Source: Sphingopyxis sp.
Lineage (GTDB): Bacteria > Pseudomonadota > Alphaproteobacteria > Sphingomonadales > Sphingomonadaceae
Direction: 5' to 3'
Length of the DNA: 64,000 nucleotides
Assembly: GCF_034380315.1 (NCBI RefSeq)
Contig: NZ_JAXMPB010000012.1
Span: 21,055-85,054, forward strand
In this document: positions 10,997-21,459 of the stretch, in pieces
How positions within the stretch are numbered: position 1 is the first letter of the stretch
Layout: each line of letters opens with the position of its first letter
The notes under the pieces: generated by a model
Database searches by the model: none
What the model saw: the letters and a program-made list of their open reading frames with translations, nothing else
Told to the model about the DNA's origin: nothing
Translations under genes and position numbers: made by a program

Positions 10997-11875
10997 CTAG
11001 TCCGGCCTTTTCAGCGCCTCGGGCAGCGGAATGAATTCGTCGCTGTCGCCGGGGACGAGGGGGAATTGGCCGTCTTTCCAGTTGTGTTTCGCCTGGTTGA
11101 TGCGATCGCGCGAGGAACTGACGAAATTCCACCACAGATGGCGCGGAGTCGAAAACGCCTCTCCGCCCAGCAGCATGACGCGCGCATCGCTGGTCGCGCG
11201 CAGCGTCATCGCCTGCCCCGGTTTCAAGATATAGAGGCTGTAGCGTTCGAGCCGCTCGCCATCGAGGCTGGCATCGCCCAGCGCCACCAGCACCGCGCGT
11301 TCGTCGGCGTCGGCCTCGATCGGGACGCTGGCCCCCGCATTCATCAATATGTCGGCATAGATGGTCGCGGCATGCTGGGTAATCGGCGAGGTCCGGCCCC
11401 AAAGGCTGCCCATGATGACCCGCGCCGACACACCGCCATCCTCGACCAGCGGCAGGTCATCCTTTGCGACATGTTCGAACGCCGGGGCGATCTCCTCCTT
11501 GCCGTCGGGCAGCGCGAGCCACGTTTGCATCCCCGAAATGGGTGATCCGGTCGCGCGCTCGGCCGCGGGGGTGCGTTCCGAATGGACGATGCCGCGCCCT
11601 GCGGTCATCAGATTGCACGCGCCGGGGCGGATCGTCGCGCGGGTCCCCAGGCTGTCGCGATGCTCGATCGCGCCTTCGAACAAATAGGTGACGGTCGCAA
11701 GGCTGATGTGCGGATGCGGCCGCACGTCCATGCCCTGTCCGATGTCGAAATGCGCCGGGCCGAACTGGTCGACGAAGATGAAGGGGCCAACCATCGTGCG
11801 CGCCTTGTCCGGCAAGGTCCGCCGAACGTCAAAAGCGCCGATATCGTGGGTCGAGGGCGTGATCGTGGTAAACAT
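10997..11875 (-). CDS. Pirin family protein
   Basis: GPFIFVDQFGP, HPHISLATVTYL, HRDSLG, MTAGRGIVHSE; ATG overlaps the upstream TGA (TGATG). Confidence 0.95.
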   Translation of the reverse strand: MFTTITPSTHDIGAFDVRRTLPDKARTMVGPFIFVDQFGPAHFDIGQGMDVRPHPHISLATVTYLFEGAIEHRDSLGTRATIRPGACNLMTAGRGIVHSERTPAAERATGSPISGMQTWLALPDGKEEIAPAFEHVAKDDLPLVEDGGVSARVIMGSLWGRTSPITQHAATIYADILMNAGASVPIEADADERAVLVALGDASLDGERLERYSLYILKPGQAMTLRATSDARVMLLGGEAFSTPRHLWWNFVSSSRDRINQAKHNWKDGQFPLVPGDSDEFIPLPEALKRPD

Positions 11876-12246
11876 CAGGCGATCCGGTCGAGCGCGCGGC
11901 GCGTCCGGTCGGTTTCGACATTGCCGGTGTTGAGCGTCGAACCCGGTTCGAGGAGCAGCACCTGGCATTCGCCGTCCAGCGCCTCTGGACAATGTTCGGT
12001 GCCGTGGGGGACGATGATGAATTCGCCCGGTCCGACGATTACGTCGCCGGTCCGAAGCCCCATCTTCATCCGCCCGGCGACGACGAGAAACAATTCGTCC
12101 TCGATGTCATGGTGATGCCAGTCGAATTTCCCTTCGAGTTTCACCAGCTTGACCTGGAAATCGTTGATGTCGCCCGCGACGCGCGGGTTCCATGCGTCGG
12201 GGATGGTGGCGAAAGCCTGCGCCAGATTGACCTTGTCGATCGTCAT
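11875..12246 (-). CDS. Cupin domain protein
   Basis: [11 protein letters not shown] and VPHGTEH cupin motifs. Confidence 0.9.
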   Translation of the reverse strand: MTIDKVNLAQAFATIPDAWNPRVAGDINDFQVKLVKLEGKFDWHHHDIEDELFLVVAGRMKMGLRTGDVIVGPGEFIIVPHGTEHCPEALDGECQVLLLEPGSTLNTGNVETDRTRRALDRIA

Positions 12247-12605
12247 GCCGTTGCGGTCCGCAATATGCTGTCCATCGCCTTTCCCTTCGCAAGTTCGTCG
12301 ATCAGCTTGTCGAGATAACGGATCTCGCGCATCAGCGGATCGTCCACCGTTTCGACGCGGACACCGCAGACGACGCCCCGTATCTGGTCGCGCGCGCCAT
12401 TCATCGCCGGAGCCGCCGTGAAAAAGCCGCGAAAGTCGGTTCCCGCCGCGATCACCGCGTCCAGTTGCAGCGGGTCGTAGCCGGTCAGCCAGCAGATGAT
12501 TTCATCGACTTCGGCCCTCGTGCGCCCCTTGCGCTCGGCCTTGGCGACATAATGGGGATAGACGCTGGCGAAGCTGGTCGAAAAGATGCGATGCTCCGCC
12601 ACCAC
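12243..12605 (-). CDS. DUF2200 family protein
   Basis: [25 protein letters not shown]...GVVCGVRVE...[15 protein letters not shown]. Confidence 0.9.
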   Translation of the reverse strand: MVAEHRIFSTSFASVYPHYVAKAERKGRTRAEVDEIICWLTGYDPLQLDAVIAAGTDFRGFFTAAPAMNGARDQIRGVVCGVRVETVDDPLMREIRYLDKLIDELAKGKAMDSILRTATA

Positions 12606-12606
12606 C

Positions 12607-12921
12607 CTATTCCCCCGGCGCCGTCGCCTTGATCGCGAGGGCGTGGACGCGCTGTCCGGGCAGGTCGCCCAGCGCCTTGTTCACCGCGCGCTGGCGCGCG
12701 ACGCGGTTCTGGCCCGCAAAGCCAGCCCATTCGATCGTCAGGCTGAAATGCGATTCGCCGCTGCCGTCGTCGCCGGCGTGGCCGTGATGTTTCGCGCTGT
12801 CGTTATCGAGCGTGAAATCCGCGTCCGGAAAGGCGGCGCGCAGCATCGTTTCCATCTCGCGCTGGACCGGCCCGGCGGCGGGCTTTTGTATGGTATTATG
12901 TATGGGCTGATTTTCAGACAT
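12607..12921 (-). CDS. bolA: BolA family protein
   Basis: 3' part of track ORF 12607..13683: [23 protein letters not shown]. Confidence 0.9.
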   Translation of the reverse strand: MSENQPIHNTIQKPAAGPVQREMETMLRAAFPDADFTLDNDSAKHHGHAGDDGSGESHFSLTIEWAGFAGQNRVARQRAVNKALGDLPGQRVHALAIKATAPGE

Positions 12922-12996
12922 GGGTTGACCATAGGCTTTTGCGCACCAAATGGTAAGAGCCCCCACGCACCCCCCGCTCGATCCCGAAAGCCCGTT

Positions 12997-13590
12997 TTGT
13001 CGTCCTCTGCCCGCCCCAACCGATTCCACGGCCGCGTCCCCCGCGAGGCCCCGTGCGCCGTCCCCGGTTGCAGGGAAGCCGGCGAATTTCGCGCGCCCGC
13101 GTCGGCGCATCGTTCGCCCGACGGGCCGCCGCCCTATCGCTGGTTGTGCCTGGACCATGTTCGCGAATTCAACGCGGGCTATAATTTCTTTGAAGGGATG
13201 AACGCCGACCAGATCATGGCCGCGCAGTCGCCGACCGCGGGATGGGAAACCGAAAGCCGCAGCTTTCGCCCCGCGGGCAGCGCCGACCTGCCGCCGCGCT
13301 GGGCCGATTTCAAGGACCCGATGGACGCGCTGGGCGCGCGGTTCCGTCAGCGCATGGACGAGGCCCGGCGCGAAGCCGCCGATCCCCGCTTTACCCGCGA
13401 GGAGCATCGCGCGCTGAAGCTGATGAACCTCGGCCCCGACGCCGACCGTTCGGCGCTGCGCCGCCGATACAGCGAACTGGTCCGCCAATATCATCCCGAC
13501 CGCAATGGCGGCGACCGCAGTTTTGAGGCAAGATTGGGCGAAGTGGTTTCGGCCTATCAGCTTTTGAGGAAGACACGGGCCTTCGCATAG
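12997..13590 (+). CDS. J-domain protein with Cys/His N-terminal module and C-terminal J domain
   Basis: CAVPGC...EFRAP...WLCLDHVREFNAGYNFF; YHPDRNGGD; TTG start inferred. Confidence 0.85.
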   Translation: MSSSARPNRFHGRVPREAPCAVPGCREAGEFRAPASAHRSPDGPPPYRWLCLDHVREFNAGYNFFEGMNADQIMAAQSPTAGWETESRSFRPAGSADLPPRWADFKDPMDALGARFRQRMDEARREAADPRFTREEHRALKLMNLGPDADRSALRRRYSELVRQYHPDRNGGDRSFEARLGEVVSAYQLLRKTRAFA

Positions 13591-13600
13591 GGAGCGGGAC

Positions 13601-14038
13601 ATGAGCGAACTCGACGCACGGCGGATCGAAACGGTGAAACGCCACATGGCGCTGGAAATCACCCACGACTGGGACGGCGTCATCGCGACGTTCGACCATC
13701 CCCGTTACGAATTGCTGGGCCCCGGCACCATTTTCGACGGCGAGACGGCGGTGCGATCCTATTTCGCCGCATCGCGCGAACCCTTTCCCGATCAGGCGAA
13801 CGAGATCATCGCGATCGCGGCCGACACCGAAAACAATATGATATTGGTCGAATTCTGGCTGACCGGGACGCATCTGGGTCCGTTGAAGCTGGGCGTGCGG
13901 ACCGTCGAACCCACCGGCAAGTCGTTCCGTATCCGCATGGCGGCCAGTTTCGAATTCGCCCCCGGCAGCGACAAGATCCTGTGCGAACGCCCCTATTACG
14001 ACCAATCGTCGGTGCTGCGCGCGCTGGGCATCCTCTGA
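13601..14038 (+). CDS. SnoaL-like ester cyclase / NTF2-fold protein
   Basis: FPDQ, EFWLTGTHLG, PTGKSF, CERPYYD. Confidence 0.85.
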   Translation: MSELDARRIETVKRHMALEITHDWDGVIATFDHPRYELLGPGTIFDGETAVRSYFAASREPFPDQANEIIAIAADTENNMILVEFWLTGTHLGPLKLGVRTVEPTGKSFRIRMAASFEFAPGSDKILCERPYYDQSSVLRALGIL

Positions 14039-14115
14039 ATAAGGCGTTGCAAGCCGAAACGGACAGCGATACCGCGCTCGGACGGTCGGTGGGAACGCAC
14101 CGACTCTATCTCCCT

Positions 14116-14217
14116 CGTCACCCTGAACCTGTTTCGGGGTCCATGGCCCGACCTTTCCGCCAGCGCGGCGCCAAAAGACAAGCCGGGCCATGGATGCTGA
14201 AACAGATCGGCATGACG
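14116..14217. repeat. REP-like long inverted repeat (CGTCA...TGACG family)
   Basis: Arms CGTCACCCTGAACCTGTTTCGGGGTCCATGGCCCG and CCGGGCCATGGATGCTGAAACAGATCGGCATGACG pair imperfectly. Confidence 0.8.
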
Positions 14218-14237
14218 AACATGACATGATGGACGCG

Positions 14238-15233
14238 ATGATGACCGATATCCCCAACAGCCTTCCCGATCACCACGGCTCGACGCTGCTTGCCGCGCCC
14301 GATACCGAGGTCGATGCGCGCGAAGTCTTTGGCGTCAATATCGACATGAAGGTCCCGGCGTTCAGCGAGGCCGACGAGCGCGTTCCCGACCTGGACCCCG
14401 CCTATGTCTTTGACGGCGACACCACGCTCGCGATCCTGGCCGGGTTCAAATACAACCGCCGCGTCATGGTGCAGGGATATCATGGCACCGGCAAATCGAC
14501 CCATATCGAACAGGTCGCCGCCCGCCTGAAATGGCCGTGCATCCGCGTCAACCTGGACGCGCATATCAGCCGCATCGACCTGGTCGGTCGCGACGCGATC
14601 GTGCTGAAGGACGGACAGCAAGTCACCGAATTTCGCGAAGGCCTGTTGCCCTGGGCGCTGCAGACGCCGACCGCGCTGGTGTTCGACGAATATGACGCGG
14701 GCCGCCCCGACGTGATGTTCGTGATCCAGCGCGTGCTGGAAACCGAAGGCAAGCTGACCCTGCTCGACCAGAATCGCGTCATCCGTCCCAACCCGCATTT
14801 CCGCCTGTTCGCGACCGCCAACACCGTCGGCCTGGGCGACACCAGCGGGCTGTATCACGGCACGCAGCAGATCAACCAGGGCCAGATGGACCGCTGGAAC
14901 ATCGTCGTCACGCTGAACTATCTGCCCGCCGCGACCGAAAGCGCGATCATCCTCGCCAAGGTGCCGGGCACCGACGACACGACGGTCGCCAATATGGTCA
15001 AGGTCGCCGACCTGACCCGCCAGGGCTTTATCAACGGCGACATCTCGACCGTCATGTCGCCCCGCACGGTGATCAGCTGGGCGCAGAATGCCGCGATCTT
15101 CAACAGCCTGGGCTTTGCGTTCCGCCTGTCGTTCCTCAACAAGTGCGACGAGGCCGAACGGATGATCGTCGCCGAATATTATCAGCGCGTATTCGGCGAA
15201 GATTTAGTGGAAAGCGTCGTGTCAAAATCATAA
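14238..15233 (+). CDS. cobS: Cobaltochelatase subunit CobS (MoxR-like AAA+ ATPase)
   Basis: Walker [28 protein letters not shown]; start ATG 14238 or 14241. Confidence 0.95.
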   Translation: MMTDIPNSLPDHHGSTLLAAPDTEVDAREVFGVNIDMKVPAFSEADERVPDLDPAYVFDGDTTLAILAGFKYNRRVMVQGYHGTGKSTHIEQVAARLKWPCIRVNLDAHISRIDLVGRDAIVLKDGQQVTEFREGLLPWALQTPTALVFDEYDAGRPDVMFVIQRVLETEGKLTLLDQNRVIRPNPHFRLFATANTVGLGDTSGLYHGTQQINQGQMDRWNIVVTLNYLPAATESAIILAKVPGTDDTTVANMVKVADLTRQGFINGDISTVMSPRTVISWAQNAAIFNSLGFAFRLSFLNKCDEAERMIVAEYYQRVFGEDLVESVVSKS

Positions 15234-15267
15234 TATCTATCCCGGTTACATGAACCGGGGGGATTTT

Positions 15268-16119
15268 ATGAAGAAACAAACCGCATTCGCCGCGATTTTA
15301 CTTTTGGCATCGGGCTGTTCGGCGCCGCATTATAGCGTCAACCTGTCCAGCAAGGCCTTTCTGCCCCACAAGGGGGCCCCGGCGACGCTGGGCGCCGCAG
15401 AGTTCGCACCCGACGCGGTGATGTTCGAAACCCCGGTCGGATTTCGCAAGGCCGCCCGGCTGGACGCGCCGGTCGAGGCCCGGCTGGCGGGCAAGGATTT
15501 CAGCTTTGTTCCCGGCGACCAGTTCGCCGGAGCCACGCTCTATGGCAAATCGGCATCGCTGGTCCCGAAGGCGGCCGCCGTCTTTTGCGGCAATGAAAAG
15601 ATGAATGCGGTCAAGGCGCTGACCGCCCTGTCCACGCTGGGGGCGTCGTCGCTGCTCAACCGCACCGGGAACGCCACCCAGATATGCCTGATCGACAGCG
15701 AGAATGACGCGGCCTTCGACCAGGCCATCCTGTCGGGCGTCAAACGGGCCGAAGATGTCGCGCCCACGGCGATCACCCCGACCGCCTATAAGGTCGCGAT
15801 GAACGACGTGATGGCGGGCGAAAGCCTGGCGCGGATCATCTATCGCGGCAAAACCGGGATGGTCGGCGGACACATTAGTTTCGACCTGCACGTCATCGAA
15901 AGCGGCGCACGGCTGGCATTCGACAATGTCCGCCGCAAGGTGGACATCAAGTCGCTGCCCCAGGAGGTGGCGTTGATGGGCACGATCTTCACCGTCAAAA
16001 GCTATGATCCGGCGAGCGGGAAGATAGAGGTCGATGTTGCGCGCGGTTTTCCCGAGGGCACCTATGGCCTGACGACCACCACGCGCACATCCTATATCCC
16101 CATCTATATCCCGCGCTGA
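15268..16119 (+). CDS. Hypothetical lipoprotein
   Basis: MKKQTAFAAILLLASGC lipobox; GGGGGA SD; no family recognised. Confidence 0.8.
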   Translation: MKKQTAFAAILLLASGCSAPHYSVNLSSKAFLPHKGAPATLGAAEFAPDAVMFETPVGFRKAARLDAPVEARLAGKDFSFVPGDQFAGATLYGKSASLVPKAAAVFCGNEKMNAVKALTALSTLGASSLLNRTGNATQICLIDSENDAAFDQAILSGVKRAEDVAPTAITPTAYKVAMNDVMAGESLARIIYRGKTGMVGGHISFDLHVIESGARLAFDNVRRKVDIKSLPQEVALMGTIFTVKSYDPASGKIEVDVARGFPEGTYGLTTTTRTSYIPIYIPR

Positions 16120-16232
16120 CCGGGCGGCGCCAGCGAATGGGCGCGGCGGCATTGACAAGGGCGTTCGCCAGGCCGCATTGTTCGGCCAACGCCCATCGCG
16201 CGCCGCCGCGCCCCCTTTCCCGGAGTGCCGGC

Positions 16233-17495
16233 CTGACACCCGCGACCCGCCCCCTGCCCGGATCATCGCCGCGACGTCCCCTGCTGGCGGCCGCGCGCCG
16301 ATGGCGCCCCTGGCTGTCGGTGCTGGCGGCGATCCCGCTCGCCGGATGCATTTCGGCGGTCGATTATGGCAAGGTCCGCCACCCCGACTATGTCGCCGAT
16401 CCGCGCTGCACCCCGCAACCGGGCGCACCGGCCGACCCGGCGGCACTGCCGCATTTTTTCGTCACCAGCCGCCTGCCCGATTGCCGCAGCGCCGACATCC
16501 GCCTGCTCAGCCATCGCGGCGACCGGGTGCGCCAGGGTCGCTTTGCCGCGCCCCGCGACATCGACGTCGGCGGCAAGACGAAGTTTCGCGCGCCGCTGGC
16601 GCTGATGGACGAAGGCGACTGGTGGCAGGCGTTGCAGGCCGAAACCGACCGCCGGCAGGGCCGGGTGCTGCTGTACGTCCACGGATATCGGGAAAGCTTT
16701 GAATCGACGTCGAAGGACGCCGCCCAGATGGCGCGGATGACCGGTTTCGACGGCCCGGTGATCGAATATAGCTGGCCCTCGCAGGGGGATGTGCTGAAAT
16801 ATGCCGCCGACGAAACCAACATGTATCATGACGTGCGCAATTTCCGCGACTTCCTGCGCACGCTTGCCGACCGCCCCTGGGTGAAGGAGATTGTCATCGT
16901 CGCCCATTCGCTGGGCGCGCGGCTGGCGCTTCCCGCCATCGCGTCGGCCGACCGTTTGTCGCGGCGCGCCGACCGCACCGGCAATATTTCGACGATCATC
17001 CTCGCCTCTCCCGACATCGACCGCGAAACATTCGAACGCGACATCGGGGGCGATATATTGGCGCCGGACCGCGTTGCGCTTGGCCGCCACATCACCGTCT
17101 ATGCCTCGCTGAACGACCGCGCGCTGTCGGTGTCGCGCACCCTGCACGGTTATCCGCGGCTCGGTTCCCCCTATTGCTTCAACCCGTTCGAGGCGGCCGC
17201 GCTGGAGGCGAAGGGCCTGCCCGCCCGCTGTTACCCCGCCGCCATCCCCGGCCTGACGGTGATCGACACGACCGACGTGTCGCGCGGGTCGACAGGGCAC
17301 AGCAACTTCCTGCGCAGCGCGCCCGCGTGCCGTGACTTCATCGACGCAATCGCCGGCCAGAAAACGCGGCCCGGCCGTGTCGCCACCCATCTGGCGCATG
17401 TGTTCCGGCTGGCCCCCGACCCCGCCGACCCAAAGCCCGACAATGACCGCATCTGCGGCCGCACCCCCGATGCGGGGGATGACGAAAAAGGCTAG
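16233..17495 (+). CDS. Alpha/beta hydrolase (DUF900-like), probable lipoprotein
   Basis: LYVHGY, YSWPS, AHSLG elbow, LASPDID; lipobox LAGC; start uncertain (CTG 16233 behind GGAG). Confidence 0.85.
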   Translation: MTPATRPLPGSSPRRPLLAAARRWRPWLSVLAAIPLAGCISAVDYGKVRHPDYVADPRCTPQPGAPADPAALPHFFVTSRLPDCRSADIRLLSHRGDRVRQGRFAAPRDIDVGGKTKFRAPLALMDEGDWWQALQAETDRRQGRVLLYVHGYRESFESTSKDAAQMARMTGFDGPVIEYSWPSQGDVLKYAADETNMYHDVRNFRDFLRTLADRPWVKEIVIVAHSLGARLALPAIASADRLSRRADRTGNISTIILASPDIDRETFERDIGGDILAPDRVALGRHITVYASLNDRALSVSRTLHGYPRLGSPYCFNPFEAAALEAKGLPARCYPAAIPGLTVIDTTDVSRGSTGHSNFLRSAPACRDFIDAIAGQKTRPGRVATHLAHVFRLAPDPADPKPDNDRICGRTPDAGDDEKG

Positions 17496-17525
17496 GATAT
17501 CCGGCCCGGCGGATGACGAACGGCG

Positions 17526-17663
17526 TCAGATAAATCCGCACATGATGGCGAAATCGGTCAGCCAGACGACCGGCCCCTCGCCCCGCCACAGCCACAGACC
17601 GCCGACCGCAACGAGCAGGAACAGCACAAGCGCGACCGCATCCTGGCGCTGGAGCCGCTTCAC
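17526..17663 (-). CDS. 45-aa small membrane protein
   Basis: GTG overlaps the MFS TGA (GTGA); [45 protein letters not shown]. Confidence 0.6.
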   Translation of the reverse strand: MKRLQRQDAVALVLFLLVAVGGLWLWRGEGPVVWLTDFAIMCGFI

Positions 17664-18859
17664 GCCGGACGCAGCCTTTTGACCGGCGCATCGGCGATCG
17701 GCAGGTGGACGATCCCCGCAAGCAGGCCGAGCGCGATCGATATGCCCCACGCGATATCATAGCTGCCCGTCGCGTCGAAGATCACCCCCGCCATCCAGGC
17801 CCCGAAAAAGCTGCCGATCTGGTGGCTGAGGAACACCACGCCATAGAGCATCGACAGATAGCGGATGCCGAAGATCCGCCCGACGATGCCGCTGGTCAGC
17901 GGCACGGTGCCGAGCCACAGAAAGCCCATGGCGGCGGCAAAGGCCAGCGCGCTGGCATGGGTCAGCGGCAGCGCCAGGAACAGCAGGATCACCGCCGACC
18001 GCGCGACATAGAGCACCGACAGCACATATTTCTGGCGCATCATGTCGCCAAGGCGGCCGAACACATAGGAACCGAAAATGTTGAACAGGCCGACGAGCGC
18101 CAGCACCTGGGCGCCGATTTCAATCCCCAGCCCCTTGTCATCGAGATAGGCGGGAAGGTGCGTCGCGATGAAGGCGATGTGAAAACCGCAGACGAAAAAG
18201 CCGATGTTGAGCAGCCAATAGCCGCGATGCGCCGCCGCTTCGCGCAGCGCGTCGGCAACGCTCTGGTCATCCGATTCGACCGCGCCCGCGCCCGCGCCCG
18301 TGCCGCGCCCCGCGACCCCGATCGCCAACAACCCGCTGAGCGCCACCGCCGCCGCCATGATCCACAAGGTTTCATGATAGCCGATGGTCCCGAGCAGGCG
18401 CGAGGCGGCGGGGACGACCAGAAACTGTCCCAGCGACCCGCCCGCCGTAACGATGCCGAAGGCGCTGCTGCGCTGTTCGGGGCGGACGACCCGACCGACC
18501 GCGCCGAGCACGACGACAAAGGTGGTCGCCGACTGGGCCATGCCGATCAGCAGGCCGAAACTGACGTGCAGCCCCGCCGCATCGGTGGCAAGCGCCGCGC
18601 CGCCCAGCCCGGCGGCATAGAGCAGCGCCCCGAAGAACACGACGCGCCCCGCGCCATGCTTGTCGGCCAGCGCACCGACGAAGGGCTGGACCAGCCCGAA
18701 GAGAAGATTCTGGAGCGCCATCGCCAATCCGAAATCGGACCGGCTGATGCCGATGTCGGCGCTCATCTGCGGCAGGAACAAGCCGAAGCTCTGGCGGACG
18801 CCGAGCGCGACGGTCACGATGAACGCGGCGCAGGCGATGACGATCCATGGTTTCTTCAT
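17660..18859 (-). CDS. MFS transporter
   Basis: 12-TM pattern, [12 protein letters not shown] motif A; start MKKPWIV at 18859. Confidence 0.92.
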   Translation of the reverse strand: MKKPWIVIACAAFIVTVALGVRQSFGLFLPQMSADIGISRSDFGLAMALQNLLFGLVQPFVGALADKHGAGRVVFFGALLYAAGLGGAALATDAAGLHVSFGLLIGMAQSATTFVVVLGAVGRVVRPEQRSSAFGIVTAGGSLGQFLVVPAASRLLGTIGYHETLWIMAAAVALSGLLAIGVAGRGTGAGAGAVESDDQSVADALREAAAHRGYWLLNIGFFVCGFHIAFIATHLPAYLDDKGLGIEIGAQVLALVGLFNIFGSYVFGRLGDMMRQKYVLSVLYVARSAVILLFLALPLTHASALAFAAAMGFLWLGTVPLTSGIVGRIFGIRYLSMLYGVVFLSHQIGSFFGAWMAGVIFDATGSYDIAWGISIALGLLAGIVHLPIADAPVKRLRPA

Positions 18860-18982
18860 GGAGGAGATGGGGGGAGAGGCCATGGACCGCCGATGCGCCT
18901 GCCTTCCGTTCACGTCAAGCGAGCATCGCTAAGTTTGCCGACCATCTTTCTTCCCGCCGCAAAGCCGTTTACAGCCCCTTTC

Positions 18983-20806
18983 ATGTCCGCTCAGTCCCCC
19001 CTCGACGATTTCAAGGCCGCCCTGTCGAGCGTGGCGCGCGCCGTCACCCGCGATGCCGAGGTCGAGGTCGGTTTCACCGCCGACGCCCCGGCGCGTATCG
19101 GAAAGCAGATCAAGGTCCCGACCCCGTCGCGCACCCTGCCCGCCGAGCAGGTCGCCGAAGCGCGCGGCTTTGCCGACAGCTATGCGCTGCGCATGAAGCA
19201 TCACAGCGAGGCGCTGCACGCCGCGGGCCGCCCCGCCGAACCGGTCGCCGCCGCCGCATTCGATGCGATGGAACGCGCGCGGATCGAAGCACTGGGCGCG
19301 CGCAACATGGCGGGAATGCGCGACAATCTGGGCGCCGCACTGACGATGCGGATGCGGTCCGACCCGATCAGCCGCGCGCAGAGCCGCGACGATGTCCCGG
19401 TGTCGAGCGCGCTGGAGTTGATGCTGCGCGAGGCGCTGACCGGCGAAAAGCCGCCGCAGGGCACCGAAACCGGCCTGTCGCTGGTCCGCGAATGGATCAG
19501 CAAGGACGCCGGAACCGACCTCGACGCGATGGCCATGCTGCTCGACGACCAGGCCGCCTTTGCCGAGACCGCCAGGCTAGCGCTGCGCCACCTGGACCTG
19601 ATCGTCGGCGACGAGCCGATGGAAGAAGGCGCCGAGGACGGCGGCGACGAGGATGAAACCGAGGCAGAGGAAAGCGCCGAGGAACAGGAAAGCGAGGACG
19701 GCGGCACCGGCGAAAGCCAGGTCGACGCACGCGCCGAAATGGCGGGCGACCAGGCCGACGACGGCGACAGCGACCCCGATGCGCAGGAAATGGAAGCCGA
19801 CGGCGAACCCGAAATGGGCGGCGAAGGCGACGAGGGCATGTTGCCGGTGCGCCCCAACCGCCTGCCGACCGATGTTCCCGATTTCAACTATGTCCGCTTC
19901 ACCGAGAAGCATGACGAGATCATCGCCGCGACCGATTTGTGCGACGCCGACGAACTGGCGCGGCTGCGCTTTTACCTCGACCAGCAGATGGCGCATCTGC
20001 AGGGCGCGGTGACGAAGCTGGCCAACCGGTTGCAACGCCGCCTGATGGCGCAGCAGAACCGGGCGTGGGATTTCGACCAGGAGGAAGGCCAACTCGACGC
20101 CGCGCGGCTGGCGCGGGTGATCGTGTCGCCCGGCCAATCGCTGAGCTACAAGATCGAACGCGACACCGATTTTCGCGACACCGTCGTCACCCTGCTGATC
20201 GACAATTCGGGTTCGATGCGCGGACGCCCGATCAGCATCGCCGCGATCAGCGCCGACATCCTGGCCCGGACGCTGGAGCGTTGCGGCGTGAAGACCGAGA
20301 TATTGGGTTTTACGACGCGCACCTGGAAGGGCGGCCAAAGCCGTGAGGATTGGCTCGCCGCCGGGCGCCCCGCCCACCCCGGCCGCCTCAACGATCTTCG
20401 CCACATCATCTACAAACCCGCCGACGAACCCTATCGCCGGGCGCGCAAGTCGCTGGGGCTGATGATGCGCGAGGGGTTGCTGAAGGAAAATATCGACGGC
20501 GAGGCGCTGATGTGGGCGCACCACCGTATCGCCAATCGCCCCGAAGAACGCCGCATCCTGATGGTGATTTCGGACGGCGCCCCGGTCGACGACAGCACCC
20601 TGTCGGTCAACCACGGCGCGTATCTGGACCAGCATTTGCGCCAGGTGATCGAATGGATCGAGAACCGGTCGCCGGTCGAGCTGTGCGCGATCGGCATCGG
20701 CCACGACGTCACGCGCTATTACAGCCGCGCGGTGACGATCATGGATGCCGAGCAACTGGGCGGCACGATGGTCGAACAATTGGCGAGCCTGTTCGACATC
20801 GATTGA
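18983..20806 (+). CDS. cobT: Cobaltochelatase subunit CobT (acidic linker + VWA domain)
   Basis: 3' part of track ORF 17705..20806; [45 protein letters not shown]. Confidence 0.95.
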   Translation: MSAQSPLDDFKAALSSVARAVTRDAEVEVGFTADAPARIGKQIKVPTPSRTLPAEQVAEARGFADSYALRMKHHSEALHAAGRPAEPVAAAAFDAMERARIEALGARNMAGMRDNLGAALTMRMRSDPISRAQSRDDVPVSSALELMLREALTGEKPPQGTETGLSLVREWISKDAGTDLDAMAMLLDDQAAFAETARLALRHLDLIVGDEPMEEGAEDGGDEDETEAEESAEEQESEDGGTGESQVDARAEMAGDQADDGDSDPDAQEMEADGEPEMGGEGDEGMLPVRPNRLPTDVPDFNYVRFTEKHDEIIAATDLCDADELARLRFYLDQQMAHLQGAVTKLANRLQRRLMAQQNRAWDFDQEEGQLDAARLARVIVSPGQSLSYKIERDTDFRDTVVTLLIDNSGSMRGRPISIAAISADILARTLERCGVKTEILGFTTRTWKGGQSREDWLAAGRPAHPGRLNDLRHIIYKPADEPYRRARKSLGLMMREGLLKENIDGEALMWAHHRIANRPEERRILMVISDGAPVDDSTLSVNHGAYLDQHLRQVIEWIENRSPVELCAIGIGHDVTRYYSRAVTIMDAEQLGGTMVEQLASLFDID

Positions 20807-20850
20807 GCGGCGGGCGCTGCGCGAGCGATTGAAGGGGGCATGGAACGACA

Positions 20851-20876
20851 AAGGGAGCGACAATCGCCGCTCCCTT
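20851..20876. terminator. Hairpin between convergent genes (likely terminator)
   Basis: AAGGGAGCG-N8-CGCTCCCTT. Confidence 0.55.
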
Positions 20877-20895
20877 CGCGCCCCGTCGGTCGGGA

Positions 20896-21336
20896 TCAGA
20901 TTTTCTTGCCGGTCCAGGCCGCGGGATCGAAACCCTCCAGCGTATCGCCCTTTTCCCCCGCCGCGATTTCGGCATCGGTCAGAAACTTGATCGCAACGCC
21001 GCCAGCGGTCGTGCTGCCCCAGCTGAACGCCGTCATGTGACTGTCGCCATATTTGGCGCCGATCACCGCATCGGCATCAAGCTTTTCACCGCGTTCCCAA
21101 AGTTCGGCATAGATTTTCTTCTGCGACGGTTCCTTGCTGAAAATCGTCGCCTTGCGCACCCCGGCCGTCACCACGCCGACGATCCTGTAGGGCTTTTCCG
21201 TGATGTCGTGCGGAAAGACGGGAACCCCCATCTCTTCGTTCACCATCACATGAGCGACGTCCTTTTTCTTGGCATAGGCAGGTGTCGTCACCGCCGCGAC
21301 TGCCAGTGTCGCGGCCAGAAAAGTGTTCATACGCAT
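20896..21336 (-). CDS. Secreted hypothetical protein, YbjQ/UPF0145-like heavy-metal-binding-fold candidate
   Basis: Signal peptide ending AYA; YRIVGVV...GEKLDADAVIG...GVAIKF pattern. Confidence 0.65.
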   Translation of the reverse strand: MRMNTFLAATLAVAAVTTPAYAKKKDVAHVMVNEEMGVPVFPHDITEKPYRIVGVVTAGVRKATIFSKEPSQKKIYAELWERGEKLDADAVIGAKYGDSHMTAFSWGSTTAGGVAIKFLTDAEIAAGEKGDTLEGFDPAAWTGKKI

Positions 21337-21459
21337 TTCTGTCTGCTCCCCCAAATGAAGCCGATTAATTCGTCGCGAAAATTATCGCCGTCAACTGAAA
21401 TTCGACTTGGCATTCCCGATATTTCATGGCCTATGTCGGCGCGGGGAAACGGGGGAAAT

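Noticed and set aside
17705-18982. Apparent 1033-aa CobT with N-terminal extension
   Set aside because: The extension is antisense to the MFS gene; CobT similarity starts at ATG 18983
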